Position numbers and translations under genes: made by a program. This document shows, piece after piece, positions 1 to 6,642 of a stretch of DNA of 48,487 bases. The stretch is from Candidatus Moranbacteria bacterium RIFCSPHIGHO2_01_FULL_55_24 (lineage in GTDB: Bacteria > Patescibacteriota > Minisyncoccia > Moranbacterales > UBA1568). Numbering within the stretch: the first letter of the stretch is position 1; every line of letters starts with the position of its first letter. The DNA lies in contig MFRW01000004.1 in NCBI GenBank assembly GCA_001786575.1, positions 1 through 48,487 of the forward strand, read 5' to 3'. The notes beneath the pieces were generated by a model. It searched no databases and had not been told where the DNA came from. It saw nothing but the letters and a program-made list of their open reading frames with translations.

Positions 1-1121
1 ATAGAGAAGTAAAACCCCAAAATGACGAGTAATCCACCGATTATCCAAAGAAAATGTTCCACGTGGAACATTTTTGGATAAAGATCCTTCATGTTCCACG
101 TGGAACATTGTTTGACTGACCCAAATGTTCCACGTGGAACATTTAATAATTGATTCTGATGTTCCACGTGGAACATTTGATACCATAAATAGCTTATTGA
201 GACTATAAGCGCTATCCACGCACCCTTTGAAAAGCTCAAGAAAAAGACAGCCAGTATCAGAATAAGGCTCAAAATGTTCCACGTGGAACATTTTGTGAGA
301 AATTGTCTTAATGTTCCACGTGGAACATTGTTTGACTGACCCAGATGTTCCACGTGGAACATGGATTTAGTAAGAAAGAAGAGTAATATTACTAAACCGA
401 GAAAGCCTCCTAATATATTCGGATGAAGGAAAAGTCCGTATGGACGCAACATAAATCCTTCATTTAAAGCAATTTTAGCTATTCCAGGATCTGTCCAATA
501 AAAGACTGATTCCCCAAAAATGCTTAATCCAAGCGAAAATCCGGTTATAATTTGGAAAATACCGATGATGCTATTCACCAGAGCTAGGAGAAATAGAGTA
601 TAAAAAGCCCCTTTCATAATGTTCCACGTGGAACATTTTGTGAGAAATTGTCTCAATGTTCCACGTGGAACATTGTTTGACTGACCCAGATGTTCCACGT
701 GGAACATTTTACTATCAATAGTTTTGATCAGGAAAAAGGCAAAAAAGAGTGTACAGGCCTGTATAAGTCTCAAAATGGCATAAAATCCGAGTATCTTATT
801 TTCAGCAAAGAATATGGTAGCTCCAGACAGGGCAATAAAGGCTAGAAGAGCATAAAAGAGTCTCTCATGTTCCACGTGGAACATCTTTTCCCTGTATATT
901 GACAATAACTGTATTTTATTGTTTAATATAAATAGGACAAGAAAACTGGCGAAAAATAGGTCAAAAAGATAGATCGAGACGTCCAGGTATTCGTTATAGC
1001 CAGAAGACAGAGGATTGAAGACAGCAAGAACAATCTGGATGTTCAGAAAGGCTGTAGCGATGAACAGCCAGAAAGAGAGTTTTTCAAACGTTTTAAGAAG
1101 GGGAGAGTCAAGTAATTTCAT
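1..1121 (-). CDS. O-antigen ligase/Wzy-like polytopic membrane protein (3' end outside window) carrying in-frame parS arrays; absent from the ORF track
   Basis: Hand translation from ATG at 1121 (MKLLDSPLLKTFEKLSFWLF...) is open to the window edge (373 codons). About 9 hydrophobic segments and family-type motifs IIGIFQ, SLGLSIFGE..PGIAK, RPYGLFLHPNILGGF and LSFSKGAWIAL, in the same order as the paralog at 18279-19574. Minus-strand TATAAT at 1147-1152. Confidence 0.9.
   Translation of the reverse strand, partial: MKLLDSPLLKTFEKLSFWLFIATAFLNIQIVLAVFNPLSSGYNEYLDVSIYLFDLFFASFLVLFILNNKIQLLSIYREKMFHVEHERLFYALLAFIALSGATIFFAENKILGFYAILRLIQACTLFFAFFLIKTIDSKMFHVEHLGQSNNVPRGTLRQFLTKCSTWNIMKGAFYTLFLLALVNSIIGIFQIITGFSLGLSIFGESVFYWTDPGIAKIALNEGFMLRPYGLFLHPNILGGFLGLVILLFFLTKSMFHVEHLGQSNNVPRGTLRQFLTKCSTWNILSLILILAVFFLSFSKGAWIALIVSISYLWYQMFHVEHQNQLLNVPRGTFGSVKQCSTWNMKDLYPKMFHVEHFLWIIGGLLVILGFYFS
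54..884. repeat. parS: parS (ParB-binding centromere) array: 11 perfect copies of TGTTCCACGTGGAACA
   Basis: 16-bp cores start at 55, 92, 126, 160, 275, 312, 346, 620, 657, 691 and 868. All extend to the 18-bp palindrome ATGTTCCACGTGGAACAT and match the canonical bacterial parS consensus. About 24-26 kb from dnaA/oriC. Confidence 0.93.
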
Positions 1122-1181
1122 GCGATCGGGAAAAGAAATTCCTTTTATTATAGACCATTCCTGGCTGGACCGTAAGGAGCG

Positions 1182-1209
1182 TTGACGAATACCCAAAAGC
1201 CGGTATGAT
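1182..1209 (+). promoter_or_regulatory. sigma70-type promoter for tRNA-Ala
   Basis: TTGACG (1182-1187), 16-nt spacer, TATGAT (1204-1209). Confidence 0.55.
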
Positions 1210-1230
1210 TAGGAGATGCCAGAACCTCAT

Positions 1231-1266
1231 GGGCCTGTAGCTTATCCGCCGGCTGGCGGAGCCTCC
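1231..1266 (+). pseudogene. Degenerate duplicate of the tRNA-Ala 5' end
   Basis: GGGCCTGTAGCTTA (1231-1244) is identical to tRNA-Ala nt 1-14 (1285-1298). It is followed by the hairpin TCCGCC-GGCT-GGCGGA and D-arm-like remnants. Confidence 0.75.
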
Positions 1267-1284
1267 GGGTTCGGCAAGGTAATC

Positions 1285-1357
1285 GGGCCTGTAGCTTAGC
1301 TGGTAGAGCGCCTCCATGGCATGGAGGAGGTCAGGAGTTCGAGTCTCCTCAGGTCCA
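1285..1357 (+). tRNA. tRNA-Ala(GGC)
   Basis: Full cloverleaf; anticodon arm CCTCC-ATGGCAT-GGAGG; TTCGA T-loop; CCA not encoded. Confidence 0.96.
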
Positions 1358-1395
1358 CACAGTCAGATCTTTCAAAAGATAGAGTAATCTTTTCT

Positions 1396-1424
1396 TTGAA
1401 CGAAATTGTTTTCTCTGATACAGT
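1396..1424 (+). promoter_or_regulatory. Promoter of the HTH-LAGLIDADG-like gene
   Basis: TTGAAC-17-TACAGT with TG extension, ending 8 nt before ATG 1433. Confidence 0.55.
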
Positions 1425-1432
1425 AGGAGCGT

Positions 1433-2056
1433 ATGAGAGGGATACCTGTATCAAAAGAAGAAATCCTGAAGATAAAGCGCTTGCGCCGAACCGGCCATAG
1501 TCTGCCAGAAATTCGCGCCCTCTTGAATCGGGGCAGCAGCACGGTCTTCAAATACATCCAGGGAGTGGAAGTCCTCCCTCAATACGCGCTTTTTCTTAAA
1601 GAAAAGCAAGGCGGAAGCAAGGCAAGATCCCAAAAACTCTGGGAAAAATCTCGCGAAAAAGTGCGAGAAATTTCTTTTTCTTCTCATAAGAAGGATCTTC
1701 TTCTGCTTATAGCGGGCCTTTATTGGGCAGAAGGAAACAAGAAGGACCTCAATCTTATCAATAGTGATCCTGATCTGGTACGTATTTTTATCCAAGGACT
1801 TCTCAAACTCGGCGTAGAAAAGGATGATCTGCGTATCAGTCTCCGTCTTTATGAGGATATAGATGAACTGGCGGCAAGGAAATTTTGGGCTGAAAAACTT
1901 GATATCGGAATAAAAAAGATAATCAGCATCGACAGGCTAGGTGGCAAGAAAAACGGCAAACTTCCGTATGGAATGTGCCGTGTCCGAGTGGCCAAAGGAG
2001 GTGATTATTTCAAGATTATCATGAGCAGTATTGAACAAATAAAGACCTTGTGGTAG
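1433..2056 (+). CDS. N-terminal HTH plus LAGLIDADG-like (homing endonuclease-related) protein
   Basis: HTH-like start (LRRTGHSLPEIRALLNRGSSTV), helix IAGLYWAEG resembling the LAGLIDADG motif, then NSDPDLVRIF and YGMCRV; a pattern typical of tRNA-adjacent CPR proteins. Confidence 0.7.
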   Translation: MRGIPVSKEEILKIKRLRRTGHSLPEIRALLNRGSSTVFKYIQGVEVLPQYALFLKEKQGGSKARSQKLWEKSREKVREISFSSHKKDLLLLIAGLYWAEGNKKDLNLINSDPDLVRIFIQGLLKLGVEKDDLRISLRLYEDIDELAARKFWAEKLDIGIKKIISIDRLGGKKNGKLPYGMCRVRVAKGGDYFKIIMSSIEQIKTLW

Positions 2057-2068
2057 CATGCACAGTCA

Positions 2069-2140
2069 GCTCTTGTAGTTCAACGGATAGAACGAGGGAC
2101 TCCTAAGCCTTAAATGCAGGTTCGACTCCTGCCGAGAGCA
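2069..2140 (+). tRNA. tRNA-Arg(CCT)
   Basis: GCTCTTG/CGAGAGC acceptor stem, loop CTCCTAA, T-arm GCAGG-TTCGACT-CCTGC; A31-G39 mismatch. Confidence 0.92.
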
Positions 2141-2155
2141 CTAAGCAACCTCTCT

Positions 2156-2488
2156 ATGTCACTCCGCATCACCAAGGTCAATGAACTCATCCGGGATCTC
2201 GTTTCCGAGACGATCAATACGGATCTCTCTTTGAAGCCGGGAGTTTTCGTCACGCTTACCAAATGCGAGACTTCCAAGGACCTGCGGCATGCACGCATCT
2301 TCGTGAGCATCTTTCCCGAAAGCGAAACGCGCTATGCTACTGAAACTCTCGCCAAAGAACGCGCGCGCATCGAGCGGAACGTGCATCAGAAGCTCTACAT
2401 GAAGCCGCTTCCGAAGATCTCTTTCCATGTCGACACTACCGCCCAGAGCGCAGATGAAGTGGAGAAGCTTCTGAAGAAAATTTTTTAG
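2156..2488 (+). CDS. rbfA: Ribosome-binding factor A
   Basis: RITKVNELIR...SKDLRHARIFVS...PKISFHVD. Start moved to ATG 2156 because the listed 2114 start overlaps tRNA-Arg. Confidence 0.92.
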   Translation: MSLRITKVNELIRDLVSETINTDLSLKPGVFVTLTKCETSKDLRHARIFVSIFPESETRYATETLAKERARIERNVHQKLYMKPLPKISFHVDTTAQSADEVEKLLKKIF

Positions 2489-2515
2489 ACAGTATCGACG
2501 GGGGATTTTCACCGC

Positions 2516-2524
2516 TTATCCACA
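2516..2524 (+). promoter_or_regulatory. Isolated perfect DnaA box
   Basis: TTATCCACA in the rbfA-nrnA intergenic spacer. Confidence 0.45.
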
Positions 2525-2549
2525 GGCTATACCCGAAACAGAACTCTTC

Positions 2550-3509
2550 ATGAAAAACTTTCGCAAAGAATTCCATACGCTCCGCTACGTGATAGAGGGT
2601 TCGAAGCGCATTCTCCTCGTGGCACATAAGCGTCCGGATGCCGACACGGTAGGCGCCAATGCAGCCATGCATGAATACCTGGTTTCGCTCGGCAAAGAAG
2701 TCGACATCGCCTGCTACGATGCATTTCCGGAAAGCCTGCGCGACCTGGGCATGAAAGAATTCGTGCATCCGGAAAAGCTCGCGCTCACGAAGTACGATGC
2801 CGTATTCGCTCTCGACAGTGTCGATCGCGGCTTCCATCTCTTCGCTCCCTCTCTTACGAAAAATCAGGTGACGGTCCTTCTCGACCATCATCCGGACATC
2901 GCGCTTTCCGGGGACATCGTCATCATCGACCCGAGCTATTCTTCCACTTCAGAACTTGTCTATCTCTATTTCTCCCAGGAGGGGATCCAGATTTCGAAAA
3001 AGATGGCGAGCTACCTCTTGGCCGGCATCCTCTTCGACACCGGAGGATTCCAGCATTCGAATGTCTCACCGCGCGTGATGGAAATAGCTTCCGCTCTTAT
3101 GAAGCACGGAGCGCCGCTCGCCAAGATTTCCCAGATCATTTTCACCAACAAGGACATCGCGGCCCTGCGCCTGTGGGGGAGAGCGCTCGAGAAAGCCCGT
3201 CTCCACCAAAAGAACGGGATGCTCGTGACGGCCATCACCCAGGAAGACATCCGTCTCTGCAACGCTTCTCCGGAAGATATCTACCAGGTCACTTCCATCT
3301 TGAGCGCGGTACCGGATGCCAAATTCGCCCTCGTGCTCTCGGAGCGCGATGAGACGACTGTCCGGGCCAGCCTGCGTTCCATGGAACACCACGGCGTGGA
3401 CGTCTCGGCCATCGCCCATACTTTCGGCGGGGGAGGCCACCGGCTCGCAAGCGGCTTCGAGATCCCCGGCAAGATCGTCGAAACCCTCGATGGATTCGCC
3501 GTCGTGTAA
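2550..3509 (+). CDS. nrnA: DHH/DHHA1 oligoribonuclease/pAp phosphatase
   Basis: HxxPDAD, DHH, DTGGF and GGGGH motifs. Confidence 0.88.
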   Translation: MKNFRKEFHTLRYVIEGSKRILLVAHKRPDADTVGANAAMHEYLVSLGKEVDIACYDAFPESLRDLGMKEFVHPEKLALTKYDAVFALDSVDRGFHLFAPSLTKNQVTVLLDHHPDIALSGDIVIIDPSYSSTSELVYLYFSQEGIQISKKMASYLLAGILFDTGGFQHSNVSPRVMEIASALMKHGAPLAKISQIIFTNKDIAALRLWGRALEKARLHQKNGMLVTAITQEDIRLCNASPEDIYQVTSILSAVPDAKFALVLSERDETTVRASLRSMEHHGVDVSAIAHTFGGGGHRLASGFEIPGKIVETLDGFAVV

Positions 3510-3524
3510 ACACCTCTCATACTT

Positions 3525-4133
3525 ATGGATACCCGTGCCCTCCTGCAAGAACTGAACGAACGTCACGACAGGCTCTCTCCATGCAAGCTCAAAGAGAGCG
3601 CGACGCACGCCGTACCAGGAGACGGGAATCCTGATGCGGATATCATGTTCGTAGGTGAAGCGCCCGGGAAAAACGAAGATCTGGAAGGGAAACCTTTCGT
3701 CGGTGCGGCAGGAAAATTCTTGAACGAAATGCTCGCAGGCATCGGCCTGAAGCGCGAAGATATCTACATCACCAATGTCGTGAAATACCGGCCGCCGAAT
3801 AACCGCGATCCGCTGCCGGAAGAAGTGGAGGCTTGCATGCCGTGGCTCCATGACCAGATCATGCTCATCAAGCCGAAGCTCATCGTGACGCTCGGCCGCC
3901 ACGCCATGGAGCACTTCGTGCCGGGAAAAAAGATATCCCAAATCCACGGAACTGCTTTCCGTCGATCCTTCGATGATATGGGCACCCAGGTCTTCTACGC
4001 CCTCTACCATCCGGCGGCCGCTCTTTACAACGGCGGCATGCGGGAAACGCTTATGAAGGATTTCCAGAAAATACCGGCTGTACTCGAAACTCTCGAAAAA
4101 GAGCGCGGCGGCCCTTCCGAGAAAGCTGTTTGA
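3525..4133 (+). CDS. Uracil-DNA glycosylase family 4
   Basis: GEAPG..ED..G.PFVG, RPP.NRDP and YHPAA motifs. Confidence 0.92.
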   Translation: MDTRALLQELNERHDRLSPCKLKESATHAVPGDGNPDADIMFVGEAPGKNEDLEGKPFVGAAGKFLNEMLAGIGLKREDIYITNVVKYRPPNNRDPLPEEVEACMPWLHDQIMLIKPKLIVTLGRHAMEHFVPGKKISQIHGTAFRRSFDDMGTQVFYALYHPAAALYNGGMRETLMKDFQKIPAVLETLEKERGGPSEKAV

Positions 4134-4158
4134 CAGAACTCTCTCTTTTCATTACTGT
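4130..4158 (+). promoter_or_regulatory. sigma70 promoter
   Basis: TTGACA-17-TACTGT upstream of 4184. Confidence 0.65.
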
Positions 4159-4183
4159 ATCCTGATATCCCGCAAAAAGGAGA

Positions 4184-4681
4184 GTGCTGATGTTCACGCA
4201 TGCTGATCCTTCTGATTTTGGGAGAATCAACGAGAAAAGGTTCTTTGAAATAGTACGCCGCTTACAATATCGTGCTCCGCACTGGTTTTTCACGCTCGAA
4301 CGGGCAACGGTCCCCACGGATGTCCGCGGCATCGATGCTTTCGCGCTCATCCGCAAGCGCAGCGATCCGGATACGGTCATCCGCGTGCCCATCCAGATCA
4401 AGAGCTCCAAAAAAGGTATCGAGCAGCACTACAGAAAACATCCCAGTCATTGGGTGGACGGTGTTGTTCTCCTGGTGGTCAACGATATTCGGAACGACCG
4501 GGAAATTTTCACGGAATTCCTCGAGCGACTCTTCGAAATCTGGAAAAAAGACTGGACGTATGAGCCGTTCTTTGCGCGACTCTATGCCGAACCCCTGGAT
4601 AAACGGGGAAGAAAGATCCGTGACGAGCTTATCGCCAGGGAATCCTCACGGAGAAAGAAGCCTTTCTCCCCAGAAAACTGA
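4184..4681 (+). CDS. Hypothetical protein, probable PD-(D/E)xK nuclease fold
   Basis: N-terminal G..NE helix, D.RGID and PIQIKSS (QxK variant). Confidence 0.65.
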   Translation: MLMFTHADPSDFGRINEKRFFEIVRRLQYRAPHWFFTLERATVPTDVRGIDAFALIRKRSDPDTVIRVPIQIKSSKKGIEQHYRKHPSHWVDGVVLLVVNDIRNDREIFTEFLERLFEIWKKDWTYEPFFARLYAEPLDKRGRKIRDELIARESSRRKKPFSPEN

Positions 4682-4718
4682 CAGCCCTTCTGATCATCCG
4701 AACAGAAGGGCTGTTTTT
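4681..4718. terminator. Intrinsic terminator
   Basis: ACAGCCCTTCTG/CAGAAGGGCTGT stem followed by a T run. Confidence 0.8.
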
Positions 4719-4738
4719 CATTCTCTTTCGATTCGCTG

Positions 4739-4821
4739 TGCCGCGGGAGAGACTCGAACTCTCATGGCCTTGCAGCCCGCGGATTTTAAGTCCGCTGCGT
4801 ATACCATTCCGCCACCACGGC
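4739..4821 (-). tRNA. tRNA-Leu(TAA)
   Basis: GCGGA-CTTAAAA-TCCGC anticodon arm, long variable arm. Confidence 0.96.
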
Positions 4822-4830
4822 TTGCTTTTG

Positions 4831-4901
4831 AGGTCGTGCCCGGAATTGAACCGGGGTAAAGGGTTTTGCAGACCCGTGCCTAACCACTCGGCCACACGAC
4901 C
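4831..4901 (-). tRNA. tRNA-Cys(GCA)
   Basis: GGTCGTG acceptor stem, CTGCAAA loop, U discriminator. Confidence 0.96.
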
Positions 4902-4915
4902 AGTTGACCTACCGA

Positions 4916-4944
4916 AGGGTATCAAAATGACCCTCCCCAGTCAA
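4916..4944 (-). promoter_or_regulatory. Promoter for tRNA-Cys/Leu
   Basis: TTGACT-17-TACCCT on the minus strand. Confidence 0.55.
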
Positions 4945-4945
4945 C

Positions 4946-4974
4946 CAAAAACTCCCCAGAAAGGGGAGTTTTTG
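4946..4974. terminator. Intrinsic terminator of the 3D-domain gene
   Basis: AAAAACTCCCC-AGAAA-GGGGAGTTTTT. Confidence 0.8.
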
Positions 4975-4981
4975 CAGATAT

Positions 4982-5536
4982 TTACCGGATAACTTCAGCT
5001 ACGAGATTCTTGCGTCCGAACTGGAACGCCTCGGCCTTCGTCACCATGTAGATATCGAATTTGTTTCCTTTGATGGCTCCTCCGCGGTCTTCACACCGGT
5101 AGTCTCCCATACCCTCGATACGCACAATGGTACCGAAAGGATAGTTAGGAGGACATGCCAGAGTACGGTCCTTAGCGACTTTCAAACCGGAAGCGGTGAT
5201 ACCGTCGCTTTTCCCGCACTCGTCGGCCGCAGCCGTATAGGCTGAAGCGTTGATAGTGAAGGCATTTTGCGGAAGATTGCTCCACAGATGATTCTGCTTC
5301 TCTTTCCAGCGAGCGAGCGTTTTTTCCTCTACGGTAAGCTCCTCTTTCATCTGGGAAATTTCCTTGGCCCGCTCTTTGAAGGTCCATTCTAGAAGAAACG
5401 GGTCTTCAGCGTAATAATAGTCCTCAAGAGTCGGCACCTGGGAAGCCTGGGAAGCAGGATTCTCTGCTTTGGCGATATTGGGAAGGATCAAGATGCTTAC
5501 TGCTACGGCGAAAAGGGTAACCTTTCCAAAAATCAT
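4982..5536 (-). CDS. Secreted 3D (Asp-Asp-Asp) domain protein, MltA-like peptidoglycan-remodelling family
   Basis: Signal peptide; SAYT, GITASG, PFGT and EDRGGAIKGNKFDIY motifs. Confidence 0.88.
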   Translation of the reverse strand: MIFGKVTLFAVAVSILILPNIAKAENPASQASQVPTLEDYYYAEDPFLLEWTFKERAKEISQMKEELTVEEKTLARWKEKQNHLWSNLPQNAFTINASAYTAAADECGKSDGITASGLKVAKDRTLACPPNYPFGTIVRIEGMGDYRCEDRGGAIKGNKFDIYMVTKAEAFQFGRKNLVAEVIR

Positions 5537-5618
5537 ACTGTGTACTTACGTGTAAGCCGCTTTTTCCGTGGAAGAAACGGGCCATCCCGAGAGCCAAGCT
5601 CTTTTAGGTTGACCGACT

Positions 5619-5647
5619 ATCCTAGCACAAAATAAGATCCCTGTCAA
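5619..5647 (-). promoter_or_regulatory. sigma70 promoter of the 3D-domain gene
   Basis: TTGACA-17-TAGGAT with TG extension. Confidence 0.75.
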
Positions 5648-5680
5648 GAGTATTCCGTCATTATTTGGCTTATATAAAGC

Positions 5681-5708
5681 AAAAACAGCCAGAATAATGG
5701 CTGTTTTT
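5681..5708. terminator. Intrinsic terminator, probably the ancestral tRNA-Gly terminator
   Basis: AAAAACAGCCA-GAATAA-TGGCTGTTTTT, just beyond the displaced tRNA-Gly 3' end. Confidence 0.75.
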
Positions 5709-5771
5709 CGCTTATTTGAGCGGGTTGCTATGCATCTTCAGAACTAAAACTGAAGAAAGTCCACGTGCCCC

Positions 5772-5827
5772 TTGACTTCCTGTGAAATTCACTCTACACT
5801 ACAAATATACTATTTTTGATATATTTG
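5772..5827 (+). promoter_or_regulatory. Toxin-antitoxin promoter with candidate operators
   Basis: TTGACT-17-TACACT (5772-5800); palindrome GTGAA-A-TTCAC in the spacer (5782-5792); inverted repeat CAAATATA/TATATTTG (5802-5827). Confidence 0.7.
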
Positions 5828-5829
5828 GT

Positions 5830-6168
5830 ATGGAGCTCAATTACCACCCGAAGGCGGCAGGTTTTATAAAGAACCTGACTGATCCGAAGGCGAGGCGGAA
5901 GATAAGCGATAAACTGGGATATCTGGAAAAATATGGTATTGAGCAAATGAAAAAGGCCACAGACGCCGAGAAGATACAAGGAATTGCCCCAATAAAGATG
6001 GACGAGTTAAAATTTCCCTACCGCAAGATGGAGTATCGTCTTTTTGGGGGAATAGTCGCAGACTTTTATGGAATATTTCATGGGTATATCAAGCGAGGGA
6101 GAAAGCTTGACAGAGGGGAGGTCAATACAGCGTTAGGTCATAGACAGGAGATGATCGGCCCTTTTTAG
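5830..6168 (+). CDS. HigB/RelE (Gp49-like) toxin
   Basis: About 112 aa; ELK...EYRLF...FHGYIK..KL...EV..A pattern; toxin precedes HTH gene. ATG 5830 is preferred because the listed 5782 start lies inside the promoter. Confidence 0.75.
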   Translation: MELNYHPKAAGFIKNLTDPKARRKISDKLGYLEKYGIEQMKKATDAEKIQGIAPIKMDELKFPYRKMEYRLFGGIVADFYGIFHGYIKRGRKLDRGEVNTALGHRQEMIGPF

Positions 6169-6194
6169 TATGTATTAAGATTAATAATATTAAG

Positions 6195-6638
6195 ATGCAA
6201 AGATTAATTATGAAACACGCAGAACTTAAAAAAATCCTTTCAGAAGATAAGGATTATAGGGATTTAATTAATCATTATGATTTAAAGTATGAGATTTCCG
6301 AACTTATAACGCGGGCTCGTATCTCAAGAGGGTTTAGTCAAGAGAAATTAGCTAAATTAATTAAGAGTAAACAACCTAATATTGCTCGACTTGAAAATGC
6401 TTCAGCGTTACCAAGCTTAAGCACGTTAGAGAAAATAGCCAAAGCATTTGATTCCTATTTAATTGCTCCAAAATTTGCCTTTTTAGAAGAAGAGGACAAC
6501 CATGCAAAGGAAACCCTGAAAACGGTTCGTGCTTGGGCAATTGAACCCGATGTCTTGGCCCATACCCATAGGAGATTATTTCCAATTAACGCTAATATAA
6601 GCTTTACACCATCGCCAATTAATAATCCTGCAAGTTAA
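6195..6638 (+). CDS. HigA-like XRE-family HTH antitoxin with C-terminal extension
   Basis: ARISRGFSQEKLAKLI..KQPNIARLEN...PSLSTLEKIAKA; about 55-aa tail after the HTH; alternative start at 6210. Confidence 0.85.
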   Translation: MQRLIMKHAELKKILSEDKDYRDLINHYDLKYEISELITRARISRGFSQEKLAKLIKSKQPNIARLENASALPSLSTLEKIAKAFDSYLIAPKFAFLEEEDNHAKETLKTVRAWAIEPDVLAHTHRRLFPINANISFTPSPINNPAS

Positions 6639-6642
6639 ATAT

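Larger units (their letters stand above)
1358..2074 (+). mobile_element. Putative ~0.7-kb insertion at the tRNA-Arg 5' end bounded by a 14-nt direct repeat
   Basis: CACAGTCAGATCTT (1358-1371) vs CACAGTCAGCTCTT (2061-2074, overlapping tRNA-Arg nt 1-6). The repeats enclose one gene with its own promoter. Confidence 0.6.

Noticed and set aside
54-884. CRISPR array interpretation of the regularly spaced palindromes
   Set aside because: The repeat is only 16-18 bp and matches parS, spacers are 18-21 nt and reused, clusters are separated by coding sequence, and there are no cas genes in the window
1-1121. Treating the region as non-coding because the ORF track shows nothing
   Set aside because: Manual translation shows an open minus-strand frame whose stop lies outside the window
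1108-1317. Short ORFs overlapping tRNAs (1108-1317, 4629-4925, 4738-4992, 8001-8228)
   Set aside because: They are translations of tRNA genes and promoters
5756-5771. TCCACGTG as an additional parS site
   Set aside because: Only the core matches; the flanks are not palindromic
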